A stretch of DNA of 64,000 nucleotides, from assembly GCF_006345805.1 (NCBI RefSeq), contig NC_042998.1:152706001-152770000 (forward strand), given 5' to 3'. Source of the stretch: Octopus sinensis (Eukaryota). A program made the translations under genes and the position numbers. Positions 1-11,920 of this stretch are shown here, piece by piece (within the stretch, counting starts at the first letter, position 1; each line of letters opens with the position of its first letter). A model generated the notes under the pieces. The model searched no databases. It was given only the letters and a program-made list of their open reading frames with translations, and was not told the DNA's origin.

Positions 1-151
1 AGCTTGCGTGTCAGTGAAGAAAAGAAGGAAGAGGTCACATGTCTGAATCTTAATGTTGCATAATGCCCTCTATATTGCCAGCTTATTTAACCTGCTGTCA
101 AGGGGAGTAATGTGCTTACAGTATGATTAAATATCATACAATATCAATTCT

Positions 152-668
152 CAATTGGGACCAACTACAATTGAGAAGAGAAAATAATCTCAAGAATTAA
201 GAATTCTCCAATACTAGCATGTCATTAAGGAAAAGACAGTCTGGTTGTTAAGAGGCAACAAGATAGATTCTTTCTTAAAAGCAAATTAACTAAGCCAGTT
301 ATGTGCTCTATTCCTTTTTGCACATGTCTATCTTGTATAGAATTTGATATACCTGTATTTGTCATTGCTGCTTAAATACATATCACTGGCCAATCTGAGT
401 TATTTCTCTTTATTCATTTTCATTCTATTTATGTGAATTACCTCAGCCATAAATGTGTTTGACTCTTGTATATGTCTAAGTGTCTCATATGCTGGAAATA
501 AAGTCAGACAACTCACATGCAGAAAATATCTATTGATCTAGAAACACATGTCTACAGCTATCCTCTTGTCTTTCTACAATTAGGCTGTTTTTTCCTTAAC
601 TGCTTGTCAATTTTGGAAAATACTTGATTCTTGAGATTATCTCTTCAATTTGAAGATGGTTCCAACTG
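152..668. repeat. Degenerate inverted repeat pair (152-266 vs 558-668), possibly a decayed TE fragment
   Basis: caattgggacca...ataatctcaagaattaag...agatag aligns by eye with the reverse complement of ctatcc...cttgagattat...tccaactg over ~110 bp with many mismatches. Confidence 0.6.
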
Positions 669-1394
669 CCACCAAACAATTTTTCTCCTATCTACAGTAG
701 CAGAAAAGTTTCAACAAATCGAGAATCAATCTTGTATTTAATACCTCCTTATATATAGAAAGACCACAAATGGGGTTTAAATTTTACAACAGCTGTTTCA
801 GCAGAATTATATTGATATATTAATAGATTACATCATAGCATAAATCCACCATTGCCAGGTACAATGTTAAAGAGGTATAAATGAGTAAGCAAGGTAAGAC
901 CTTGATGATAATATACACAACAAACAACACATTAAATAAGAGATGTTCTGAAAAAGAACATTCAAATTTATAGAGGAATCAGACATATAATACGCATGTG
1001 AGGAGCAAATAGATCAAACACTCCGTTATTTCAAGCAGTTATCATAATTAGTTTATAGCTACAACCTGCTGTGAATGAGTGCATGAAAAAGACAAGTTGT
1101 GGCTAAGATATGATGTTAAGGTCATTAAAACTAGGAAGATATCTTGTCAGTTAAATGCGACAAAGTAAGCAGACCTTGGGGTAGGATAAAGACATAAAAC
1201 TGTCATCACCATTTTATGCTAGTACATACACACATGTACAGACATACCCAATCATACACACCTGTATGTACACATATGCACACACACCCATATATATATA
1301 CACACAGACATACATACACACATACATATATATGCACACAGCCCCACATTTATATAGTTATATAAAATACAGAAATATAAACTAAATAATGATA

Positions 1395-2207
1395 TGAGGT
1401 CTTATCAATAAATATCCGGGCTGCTGCCATAGTAACGAAACTAAAGCACGCACACTAAGTTTTAACATTCAAGCTCACTTCTGCTGTTTATAGCAGTGCA
1501 TGGAAGGAAGGTGTGTAGTGTGTGATTGTTGAATTGACCATGACAGAGAAAGTTGTCATGGCGATACCTGCACAGAGGCCTATGCAAAGTTGCAGAAAGT
1601 GTATGGAGAGGAGTGTATGAGCTGCACACAAGTGTATGAGTGATTTAGATGTTCCCAAGATGGCTGAAAAAATGTTGATACTGACAAACGTTCTGGGAAA
1701 CCTGCAACCAGCAGAACTGAGAAAAAATATTGCAGATGTGTGTGCAGTTGTGAGGGGAAATTGTCAGATCACCATCTGTAACTAATCTGCACATCAGAAG
1801 ATGTGCAGATTAGTTACAGTTCAGTTCAGTCCATTATCACTGAAGATTTGAGTATGAGACATGTGTTTGCCAAGGATGTGCCAAAACTGCTTTCAGCTGA
1901 CTAAAGAGACACTCAGGTTTCATTGCACAAGATCTCCTTGATTGAAAATTTTTTGAAAACTTTGCATAGGCCAAAATTTGATGCAGATTCTCTGCCCAAC
2001 TTTCTCTGTCATGGTCAATGCAACAATCACACACTACACACCTTCCTTTCAAGCACTGCTGTAAACAGCAGAAGTAAGCTTCTACTGTTGAAACATAGTG
2101 CACATGTGTAGCAGAGTTCAATGTCAATCTGTGTCAAGTGGCTTCATTCTGCGTGCTTTAGCTTTGATATTATGGCAACAGTCCGGATACTTATTGATCA
2201 GACCACG
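1395..2207 (+). mobile_element. Non-autonomous Mariner/Tc1 element with long terminal inverted repeats and TA target-site duplication
   Basis: Ends tgaggtcttatcaataaatatccgg / ccggatacttattgatcagaccacg are inverted and flanked by TA (1393-94, 2208-09). Internal frames give transposase N-terminal HTH remnants (AYAKLQKVYGEECMSCTQVYE, DKRSGKPATS, AKDVPKLLS); the right arm encodes MTEKVGQRICIKF on the minus strand. Confidence 0.85.
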
Positions 2208-2439
2208 TATTAAGAAATAAATATAAGAAATCATAGATGAAGAGTTTGCAGGTCATACACTGGGCAATCAAATATTTCACTATTTATAGAACATAAATGT
2301 TGCAAACAAATACAATAAGAATGCATAACCATGAGGCTGATGACATAATATAACATATTACTCAAACAATACTTAAGCCTTAAATAATATACTTAACTAT
2401 GTTAGAGAGTATAAATAAATAGGAGTTAAGAAATATTGT

Positions 2440-2800
2440 TCAAAGTGAATTAGATAATATATAGACATGTGTTTCTAATATAATCCAAGCATTTCACTCT
2501 AAGTTTATTAGACTTATTAAGGATATTACCTGAACATTTAAATATCTCCCACTATTCAGCACAACAAAGTGTGCAGCCATAGCTATCATTTGAGTAGGAT
2601 AATTCATGTTTTATTATGCTCCAGGTAATATGGAATTTAATTCTTTTGTCTTTTAATTCCCTAATTTTTTCTGCAAGTGAAATAACCTTGGCCTTATTAG
2701 GATTATTGAAAGAATAAGAATGATTATATAATCTCTGCCTGAATTTGCAAGAAGTGGAAATGATATTGGTGAAATTGTTCAGGTGGTTATTACATCACAT
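2440..2800 (-). mobile_element. Penelope-like element remnant (C-terminus after GIY-YIG)
   Basis: Minus-strand translation LAEKIRELKDKRIKFHITWSII...GCTLCCAE...LNKS resembles the PLE C-terminal pattern, with stops. Confidence 0.55.
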
Positions 2801-2929
2801 TTATAAATAATATTTTTAGTTAAGCATGAATTACTCAGAGGACATAGAAATTTGTTTTTACAATTATGTTATTTAGGAAATTTATGGCCAATAGTGCTTC
2901 TAGTCTTGCTCCATCATCTGGTAGTTGCT

Positions 2930-4210
2930 GTGAAAGATAGGAGTAAACGAATGACTGGTGAGAGCTGTTCATGTCATGTAAAAAGAGGCTGCAATGAGGT
3001 GAGGATTAGCTATGAGAACAATGATGAGTTTAGTGTGTAAGCAAGACTTCATCAGGGTTCAGTTATCTATCCATTGCAATTTATCATAACTCTCCAAGTA
3101 CTCTTTGCTGATGACCTTATTCTTATAGCTAAGACTGTAGTAGAATGAAATTCCAGGTGTGAAAGCAAAACCTTGAATCAAAGAGCCTTAAGTTAACTTA
3201 TCAAAGACTATAGTCCTGGTTATCAGTAAACAGGAAGCTAATTCCTTTCGGTAAATGACCCTGAATGCAGAATAGGTATTTGCAGAAATTCCATATTGTA
3301 CATAGTTCAAACTGTGGACATGTAAGAGATGCAGAACAATTATATAAGCAGTTTGAAGCATTTCATAAATTTCTGTAACATTTTTACCCAGTTTAACACA
3401 TAACTTTTGCATAGCAAGCTTTCAGATTGTCTTCGCATCCCAACAGCATTCTTCAAACTAGTCAGCTGTGACAAGCAGTGTTTAGAAGGGTGTGTTCAAA
3501 TTTACACCTGATTCCTTCAATCTGGTCAAGTTAGCTTATTAAATGTATAGTAATGATATACTAAAATGACAATAATCTAGAACAGTTATAACTGCTTCTC
3601 CTAAAAAAAGTCACAAAAATTCTGGAATGCACCTCATAGATTTCTGGGATACCCAAGAGGTTACTTAATAGAAGATATTTTGGTGTTTCGGTGACCTAAA
3701 TAGTGGTGGGGGTAATGCTGAAAGCATAGTTGCTAGAATAGAACTGGTTAAAGAAAGTTCATAGAACTACTACCCCTCTTGGTAACAAAAGGCCTCTCTC
3801 TCAGAGTGAAAGACAGCTTATGATGCCTGAATATGAACAGTAATACTATGTGGTTGTGAAACATGGGTAGTGAATGCAGAGGACATGTGAAAACTAGAAA
3901 GAAATGATACTGGCATGTTTCACTGTTTGTATGTATAGGAAAGTACAAATGTGCTGAGAGAAAAAATTGGATATATGAGGCATCAGATGTGGTGTGCAGG
4001 AGAGAAGACTGCTGGTATGGTCATGTGATGCAGATGGATGAGTACAGCTGTATAAACAAATACTGATTGCTAAATGTCAAAGGAACTTGTGGAAGAGGGA
4101 AACCCAAGAAGACACGGGATAAAATAATGAAGACTGACCTGAAAATATTGAACCTCTAGGAAAAAATGACAGAGGACAAAGACAAATGTGCTTGAGAAGA
4201 CCTGTCAATC
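2930..4210 (+). mobile_element. Decayed RTE LINE (RT and 3' region) in two collinear pieces, interrupted by a Mariner fragment
   Basis: VRISYENNDEFSV, HQGSV, FADDL-like motifs at 2990-3130. The 3690-4210 piece matches the RTE 3' coding end seen at 63780-64000 (ctctctctcagagtgaaag, gaaacatggg). Confidence 0.7.
3340..3530 (-). mobile_element. Mariner transposase N-terminal fragment
   Basis: ORF 3188..3412 begins KLCVKLGKNVTEIYEMLQTAY, the typical mariner HTH start. Confidence 0.65.
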
Positions 4211-4539
4211 TCAGCAAAAACGAGTCCTCTCAAACCTTTCTCAACAATTCATCTAGCACTCATACCTCCGTCAATTTTCTGCAGTATGTAAATTTATTCC
4301 CCTTCACTTTCACATTGTATCCTTACTAGTGTACCTGACCCACTCCTATTTCCTTCTTTCACTTCTCTCACCTAATTGATATCCACTGCATCCAACTCAA
4401 TCCCCTCCAGCAACAATTGTGACATGAATATCTATGCCACAACAATTAGCAATGAGTGATTTGAAGCTTACATTGGCCATTAACAATTTTTTCTGATAGA
4501 AACAAGTTCATTAATTATGGGAGATGTATTAACTGGCAT

Positions 4540-6012
4540 ACTACAGTTGCAAAAGCAAATAGCTGTTGTAGCAACAGAACAGCAGAAAGAATTGAACAAC
4601 AGTACTCGAGAGTCAAACAACAGTACCTAAGAGTCAAACAGCTGTTGCTGGAATTAATATAGAAGTAGGGAAACTCTGCAAGTTTGTTTTCCCTAAAGGG
4701 CATAGCAAATGCTATAACTGAATTTAGTTATAACCCAGAAGAGGGTATAGCTTTTTTGGCATACCTCAGAAGATATGAAGATATCTTCAAGGAAGAATGC
4801 AAGTGTTGGACAGATGATAAAAAAGTGAGATTACTGTTATGGAAACTAAGTCCTTCAGAATATGAAAAATACTGCAATTTTATCTTGCCTAAAAAAACAA
4901 GTGAAATTTGTTTCAAGGAAACAATTGAAATACTATCCAAAATGTTCACCAATAAGAGTCCCTGTTTAACCCTTGCTGGGAATGTTTGAACTTAGTAAAA
5001 AAAGAGGACAAAGACTTTGTCAGTTATGCCAGAATCATAAGTAGAATGTGTGAAAAACTTAAACTGAAGGAATTATCTCCTGACATGTTTAAATGCCTCA
5101 TTTTTGTGCAAGGTTTGAAGGAAAACAAAGATGCAGAAATATGTGCATGGATTCTTACAAAACTAAAACAGGAGAACCAGAATTTAACCCTGCAGGCAGT
5201 AGCAGAGGAATATCAAAGAATTATCAACTTGCAACACAATGTAAAGGCAATTGAAGAAAAAATTTCTCTCAAGTACATGTTGACTAAAAATAAAGAAAAA
5301 AAGAATATTATGACCAAAACCATTCTATGGATGTGGAGGTCTGCATTTTAAGAAAGACTGTCCATTTAAAACTTCAAAATGTTTTAGTTGTCAAAAAATT
5401 GGACATAGAAGCTGAAGCAAAAAACAGGGAAAAAATTCTTCGAAAAAGGTTTGCTCAACAGAAAGTCATGACAACACCCAAAAAAGAAAGTATGTGCATG
5501 TAAAAATAAACGATGCAAATGTGAAACTACAACTAGACACAGGTAGCAACATTACAATTATTGATACCAACATGTGGAAGAAAATTGGGAAACCTACATC
5601 TACATTAAAGAAAACATTGAAAAGAGCACAAGGTGTCACAGGTGAAAGATTACACTTCTTAGGCGAAATGGTAAGCAACATTGCTTATTGTAGTAAAACC
5701 TGTAAAGCAAAAGTGTTTGTGCTAAAAAAATGCAAGAAACTTGTTCAGTACTGACTGGATAAAGTTGTTTGATTTATGGGACCTCCCCATAAATCTGTTC
5801 TGTAAAAACATAAATGATTGTTCCTCCAGTAAGAATAAGGTGTCAGAAAAATGCTTTTCCTGAAGTGTTGTCAGATAAATTAGATTTGTGTACTAAGACT
5901 GAGGCATGTTTCCAAATTAAGGAAAACGCAATACTAGTGTTTAAAGCAAAAAGAACAGTACCTTTTGCTGCGATAAAACATGTCAATGAAGAATTAGACA
6001 GATTAGGGAAAA
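4540..6012 (+). mobile_element. Gypsy-type (K02A2.6-like) LTR retrotransposon remnant: gag, zinc knuckle, protease, start of RT; frameshifted and 3' truncated
   Basis: ORFs 4684-4989 and 4986-5351 are gag-like (WTDDKKVRLLL, FKCLIFVQGL); a CFSCQKIGH knuckle lies near 5380; the protease LQLDTGS is in ORF 5494-5754; the RT start VFKAKRTVPFA...EELDRL is in ORF 5814-6170. Confidence 0.85.
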
Positions 6013-6074
6013 TTAGATTCCTGAACTCATATATATATATGTATAGATACACACACACGCACATATATACAGAT

Positions 6075-6295
6075 ACTGGTGTCATGCAACTGGTACCTGT
6101 GTGGGTGGTACATAAAAGTACCCAGTACACTTCTGGAGTGGTTGGCATTAGGAAGGGCATCCAGTCATAGAAACCATGCCAGATTGGACTGGAGACTGGT
6201 GCAGCCTCTAAACTTGCCAGCTTTGGTCAAATTGTCCAACCCATGCCAGCATGGACAATGGACGTTAAATGTTGATGAGAATGTTGATGATACAG
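6075..6295 (+). mobile_element. RTE 3'-tail fragment / SINE-like repeat
   Basis: ggagtggttggcattaggaagggcatccag...ccaacccatgccagcatgg...gacgttaaatg matches the RTE 3' end at 27890-28050. Confidence 0.75.
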
Positions 6296-6477
6296 GTAAG
6301 GTGATGCAAACAGGAAAAATAGAACTCAAAATATGAGTACATGCATATTTTTATCAATATTTAACAGAAGTAACATGGTCTGAAAGTTTTATGTGTTGGC
6401 ACTGCCAACGCACAAAACTCTCAGACCCTGAGTCACTCTTGTTACATCTGCTAAATATTTATATATATATATATATA

Positions 6478-6523
<46 letters not shown>

Positions 6524-7199
6524 TTACGCACACACAGTTATGTGTAATATAAACATATCTCCATGTACATATAAACTCGCACATACATATATATGATGTA
6601 TGTGTGTGTTTATATATTAACATGTACATTTCATCATTATCATTTAACATCCACTTTTCCATGCTTGCATGGATCAGACAGAATTTCTTGAAGTAGATTT
6701 TCTACAATCACATGTTCTTCCTGTCTTTAACCTTTACCTTAGCAAGATAATATTTCCCCCTGGTCAGACATGTTTTTCTCTGAAAACTGGAAATGAACAA
6801 CATTGCTTGTAAGATGGTAATGTCAAGAGAAGAGTAGACTCATACACACACAATGGACTTCTTTTAGTTTTCATTACTTAAATTCACTTACATAAGTCAG
6901 CCTAGGGCTATAGCAGAAGACACTAGGTCACATGGTTGAGAAGTAAGCTTAACCACACAGCCGTGTCTGTACTTATATATATTTATGATACATACATATC
7001 TGTATTTTGATCTCTCAGCCTGTACCTCAAAATGGACTGCTCTAGAAAATCTTTAGTTCTTACAACCAACATAATGTGAACTAAGTAGCATAACAATGGA
7101 TATAGACATATAGGGAGCAAACAAACTAGATATTTATCTTATAAAATTGAATGTAAACAATGTTTATCTGAATCGTTTTAATCAAGAATGTAATCACCA

Positions 7200-8090
7200 T
7201 CATTTCCAATGCCTGCAGCCCAATGGGAAAATAATTTTTTTATGAGAGAAATCTGTTTCTCTTCCTGAAAAAAAGTCTGAAAGACTGTTTTCAACTTTCT
7301 CTCTGTTTCTGAATGTTTTATCTCTTATAAAATGTTCTAGAGATTGGAACAGATGGAAATCCATAGGCACTAAGTCTGGTGAGTATGGAGGATGTGGAAG
7401 AACTTTGCATACTAATGATCTTATTTTTTTTTTAGTTTGTTTTGAAGAGTGTAGCCTTGCAATGTCACGATGGAGAATAACACCATTTCTGTTTATTAAA
7501 GCTGGCTAGTTTTGATATAATTTTTCAATTACATGATCAAGTTATTGGCATGTCCCAGTAGTTTGTAATGGACAATATCTTTCAGGTTTCACCAAACACA
7601 GAGCAAAGATTTTTTGTAGATGAAGTTCTGGTTTTGGTGTTGGCATTGGCCTCTCATTACATGATAACCATTGTCTTTTTTGTTTTCTGTTGTGATGAAA
7701 AACCCATTTTTTATCACCTGTAACACTGCTTGAGATGTCTGTGGATAATTGAATATGACACATTAAATTTTTATGCCAAATCTCTGGTGCTTTGATATGG
7801 ATCCAATACAACAGTCTCATTCAAAAGGTCATCATTCAGAGTGGGTTGTCTTCCAGAGTGAGGCTTGTCCAAATGTCACAATCACCATCTTCAAACCTTT
7901 TAAACCACAGCTGACATGTAGGAGCTTTCAGTGAATCCGGATACACTTCACAAATGGTTTTCATTGCATCTGTAGTGATACTTTTCTTTTGAAACTCATA
8001 GAATAAGCAATGGCAAATATGATGTTTCATAAAGTTCTTATCCTCCATGGGGTTAATTACTGAAATAGCCATTCAACCCTGGCTCTGATG
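7200..8090 (-). mobile_element. Mariner transposase pseudogene (HTH, DD34D N-part, YSPDL motif)
   Basis: HICHCLFYEFQK...LWFKRFEDGD (7836-8072), VTGDKKWVFHHN (7542-7820) and minus-strand LPHPPYSPDLVPMDF near 7345-7410. Confidence 0.85.
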
Positions 8091-8270
8091 TGATTGGTTG
8101 ATTCATAGTGGTGAAAAAATGCAATTATTTTCCAAATACTCTAATTAATATATATATATATATATATATAATCCAAAGAACTGGAGAAAAAAAACAAGGT
8201 AAAAGACAATAACACGATGACATGGTACATGCAAAGTATTAATAAGATCCTCAGGGAAGGACAGAAAGGG

Positions 8271-8307
8271 TGTTTTACGTTTTGAGCAAAGCTCTTCTTC
8301 AGAAACA
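8271..8307 (-). ncRNA. Minimal type I hammerhead ribozyme motif in PLE terminal repeat (G12 mutated to A)
   Basis: Minus strand reads UGUUU CUGAAGA A GAGC UUU GCUC AAAAC GUA AAACA: 5-bp helix I, 4-bp stem II and loopless helix III. Confidence 0.6.
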
Positions 8308-8628
8308 GGAGACAGGGGAAAGTTCAAGAGAAAAGGAAAATGGAAGAAAAAAAATTGCCAACAATCCACATGTAGTTATATTTGGAATGACCGGTAGGGG
8401 GTGGACAAAAAAGAGTGCTTTCTAAGACAGGAGAGCGTAAGTAAGGAGGTATCTGTGTGTATGTGTGGGTATGTGCATGTGTGTGTGTGTATGCAGGTGG
8501 TGGTAACTATGTGTGTGCATGTATGTACATGTATGTATGCATGTGTGAATGTATGTGTGTGTTTATGTGTATGCATGTGTATGTGAGTGTGTGTGTGTGG
8601 GGTTGTGTGTGGAGTTATATGTGTTCCT

Positions 8629-8852
8629 GTGAGCTGGCAGAAACGTTAGCATGCCGGGCGAAATGCTTTGTGGTATTTTGTCTGCCGTTACGTTCTGAGT
8701 TCAAATTCTGCCGAGGTCGATTTTGCCTTTCATCCTTTCGGAGTCGATAAATAAAGTACCAGTTTCGCACTGGGGTCATTGCAATCAGCTTAATCCCTTT
8801 GTCTGTCCTTGTTTTTCCCCTCTACGTTTAGCCCCTTGTGGGCAGTAAAGAA
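8629..8852 (+). mobile_element. tRNA-head SINE, type 2
   Basis: gtgagctggcagaaacgttagc...gagttcaaattc (A/B-box-like) ...gataaataaagtaccag; a second copy is at 29771-29990. Confidence 0.75.
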
Positions 8853-9767
8853 ATATATATGTGTTCCTGTATGTGTGTATATATGTGTGTGCACGTATTT
8901 GTATGTTTTGTGTGTGTGGGAGGTATATGTGTGTTCATGTGTGTGCGTGTATGTATGTGTGAGTGTGCATTTATAAAAAAATAAAATATATAAAAAGAGA
9001 AAAGTACAAGATGAAAAAATAAAATTTATAAACAAAAAATAATAGAAGATAAAAAATTAAAATTAAAATGAGAAAAAATAGAAAGGTAAAAGACAATAAA
9101 TAGATAAAATAAATTAAAAGGATCAAAATAAGCAATTACAATGGAAAAAAAACGAAAAAAATTGATAAAAATCAAATGAAAGTTATAAATAGTGAGTGAA
9201 TATAAGATAGGATAAAAAGTCATTTTTTAAGGAGGGTGTAGAGACAGTCATTGAGAGGATGGAGTTGTGTTAAGTCTGAAAGGAGTTTGTGTTTGTAGAC
9301 TGAAAATGTAATGCTGTTCAAGATGAAGTTAAGAGTTGGTGGATACGTGGTGTAGGGCGACGCCAAAGATGGTGATATTTGAGGTGGAGTGACTGGCCAA
9401 GCGAAAATGGTGGGCAATGGGGGAATTTGTATGTAGCCGAACATCTTGTAGATGTTCAGTGAACCAGTCAGCCAGCTGGCAGCTTGTCTGGCCAATGTAG
9501 AGTTTGTTGCAGAAATTACATTTGATGCAATAGATAAAGCTGGAAGAAGTGAAGGAGGAGTTACTAATGTGGAGGGTGTGCTGGTAGGATCCAGTGAGGG
9601 AGGTGGTGTTGGTGATGAAAGGACAGCTGTGGCAGCAGGATCTGAAGCAAGGGAAGAATTTGGTTTGGGTTGGGATGGAGGAGAGGAAGGTGCTACAGAC
9701 CAGTAGATCGTGTAGGTCACAGGCGCATAGAAGCCGATGTGCATATATAATATATATACATATATAT

Positions 9768-10320
9768 AATGGGCTTCTTTCAGTTTCTGTTCATCAAATC
9801 TACTCACAAGGCTTTGGTTGGCCCAAAGCTATAGTAGATGACATTTGCTCAAGGTGTCGTGCAGTGGGAGTGAACCCAGGACGATGTGATTGGGATGCAA
9901 ACTTATTACCACATAGCCATACTTAAGCCTATTTACTCTCTTTTACTTGTTTCAGTCATTTGGCTGTGGCCATGCTGGAGCACCGCCGTCGATCAAATTG
10001 ACCTCAGGACTTATTCTTTGTAAGCCTAGTACTTATTCAATCGGTCTCTTTTTGCCGAACCGCTAAGTTACGTGGACGTAAACACACCAGCATCAATTGT
10101 CAAGCGATGTGGGGACAAACACAGACACACACGTAATACATATATATACATATATACGACAGGCTTCTTTTAGTTTCCGTCAACCAAATCCACTCACAAG
10201 GCTTTGGTCAGCCCGAGGCTATAGTAGAAGACACTTGCCCAAGGTGCCACGCAGTGGGACTGAACCCAGAACCATGTGGTTTGTAAGCAAGCTACTTACC
10301 ACACAGTCACTCCTACGCCT
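9768..10320 (-). mobile_element. tRNA-head SINE, type 1: partial copy (9768-9930) plus full copy (9932-10320)
   Basis: Minus-strand head aggcgtaggagtgactgtgtggtaag...ggttcagtccc, central ccttgggcaagtgtctt and tail ggcggtgctccagcatggcc...ctgaaacaagtaaaag. Other copies are at 29740, 33815 and 42235. Confidence 0.85.
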
Positions 10321-10578
10321 ATTTGTTGGAGAATTATATTTAAACTATTCAGAAACTGGATGAATATTTTTTAGTTGACTACAAATCATATTCTTATTTT
10401 CAATAAAGCAATTTTGATATAGCTTTCTTTTGTCTCAGTTGTCTGCAATGAAGTAATAACAATGTTAAATTATCAAATGAATTATTTTACTGGTTTTAAA
10501 CTAATGTAAAATTATTAGAATTTTATTTTTCCAACTGAATAAGATTTTGTGAAAAAAGTTGTGAATGACAACACTTAC

Positions 10579-10616
10579 CTGATGGAGATAAAAGTTTACC
10601 AACAGAGTTGGCTGAA
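10579..10616 (-). CDS. Candidate 38-nt micro-exon of an unidentified host gene
   Basis: Minus strand: ttttttcttatttgtttcag | ttcagcc...ctccatcag | gtaagt, i.e. a strong polypyrimidine acceptor and a consensus donor, with two frames open. No protein recognised. Confidence 0.3.
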
Positions 10617-11289
10617 CTGAAACAAATAAGAAAAAAATGTGTATAAGACTTCAATTTTGTGATTCAACTAATGTATAGGCAAGACAAGAAATACAAATAT
10701 TCTTGCATATGTCACCTATTTGTCTAAAGTATTTTGCCAAGTGTGCTGGAGTTCCCAGTATTGTGGTGAGTTTTAATAATTGAATGCTTTGTCTTATATT
10801 TTTAGGAAATAGATGTATGGAAATGAAGGCTATTGCTAAGTTCAATAACAACACAATTGAAATCAAGAATTGAAACCAGCTGACATTCAATTTACTGAGA
10901 ATATAAAGTATTCTTATTCATAGCAAATTGAAGTAGGGGGTTTTAAGAAATAAGTATGTATGAATGAACAAAATGAATTTATGCACATATATATATGATG
11001 ATTACTTCATCTTGTCAGATGATAGTCATCTCAAATTCAGCCTGATTGTTCTGATTTACTTTTATCCTTGCATGTGCATGGATATGACATCTTATGCCAT
11101 ATCCATCACAATAGGACTTTCTAAAATACAAAAAGTGTCTTCCTCAGAGTTTTGTCAAGAATAATGTAAACTTCCTTTAATACTGGGAAATCAATTTAAC
11201 TCATAGATGGGACCCTGGCAGATACTACCATACCAGATCAGAGAAAACGTGGATGTAATAGTAATTAAGAGGTGCCACCATGCTTCCCA

Positions 11290-11920
11290 ACTCTAGAAAA
11301 CACAAAAACACAAATTTCACAACTTGCGAAGTAAACACAGAAATGTCACTCTGCACACTACCTCACAAAGGTCACTGCAGGCTCTCACAGACTATATGAA
11401 AGAGAATTCAAAAACTGCTATGCTAATCACATGCCTTCCTTTTGACACAGGGACAAAAGTAAAGCTACTAAGTTGGTTAGCCACACATGGGGTTTGAAAT
11501 TGAATGCCACACCACATACAACAAAGTGGAAAATAGTCACAAAAGTCAACACCCTATGTTAACAGATCAAAAAGAAAAAAAAAATGTAAGCTATGCATAG
11601 CTGAAAGAAGACACTCTTTTCAGCTCTAAGAACTCTAACTCACTGCTGAACTCTAGATCAAAAATTTTCAGTAGTTGTAAGCATTATTTTTTCAGCTTTA
11701 TAATTTATGGTTTAAGGGAAATAATTCTTATTCCCCTTTTTGCTCCCTTCTGATTTCTTTTTCTTTTCTGGTTTTTCAACCTTCCCCTTCTCATATATAC
11801 TTCCTTCTTACCTTTTCTCTTGTCCCATTTTTAGTTCATTATGGCATATGGGCAGTGTCTGATGATTGCGCTGGGACACCAGATGTGTTCAGCATATGAA
11901 ACTAATAGTAGCGCATAAAA
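11290..11920 (+). mobile_element. Penelope-like element remnant (GIY-YIG C-terminal half, pyrimidine tract, terminal repeat)
   Basis: Translation FKNCYANHMPSF*HRDKSKATKLVSHTWGLK followed by KWKIV and LNSRSKIFSSCKH-like segments. Confidence 0.65.
11855..11914 (+). ncRNA. Degenerate type I hammerhead ribozyme
   Basis: GUGU CUGAUGA uugcGCUG gGACAC cagau GUGUU CAGC auau GAAAC uaaua GUA GCGC; helix I pairs with two GU wobbles. Confidence 0.5.

Larger units (their letters stand above)
8170..9700 (-). mobile_element. Penelope-like element 3' fragment: GIY-YIG region (9225-9700) and terminal repeat (8170-8400)
   Basis: Minus-strand FIYCIKCNFCNKLYIGQT...FTEHL. The 8170-8400 segment is similar to the PLE terminal repeat at 45842-46050. 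Confidence 0.75.

Noticed and set aside
775-845. Minus-strand GAAAC-AGCU-GUU-GUAAA, HHR 3' half
   Set aside because: The upstream core reads cuaugaug rather than CUGANGA; possibly a decayed HHR but not supportable.
2331-2382. CTGATGA followed by AT-rich stem, possible HHR
   Set aside because: No GAAA and no GUH in register with a helix I.
10679-10870. Plus-strand 87-nt exon candidate (ag|GCAAGA...ATTGTG|gtgagt) and downstream acceptor at 10805
   Set aside because: The implied 40-nt intron is implausibly short, the peptide is unrecognised, and it conflicts in strand with the neighbouring candidate; it needs RNA evidence.
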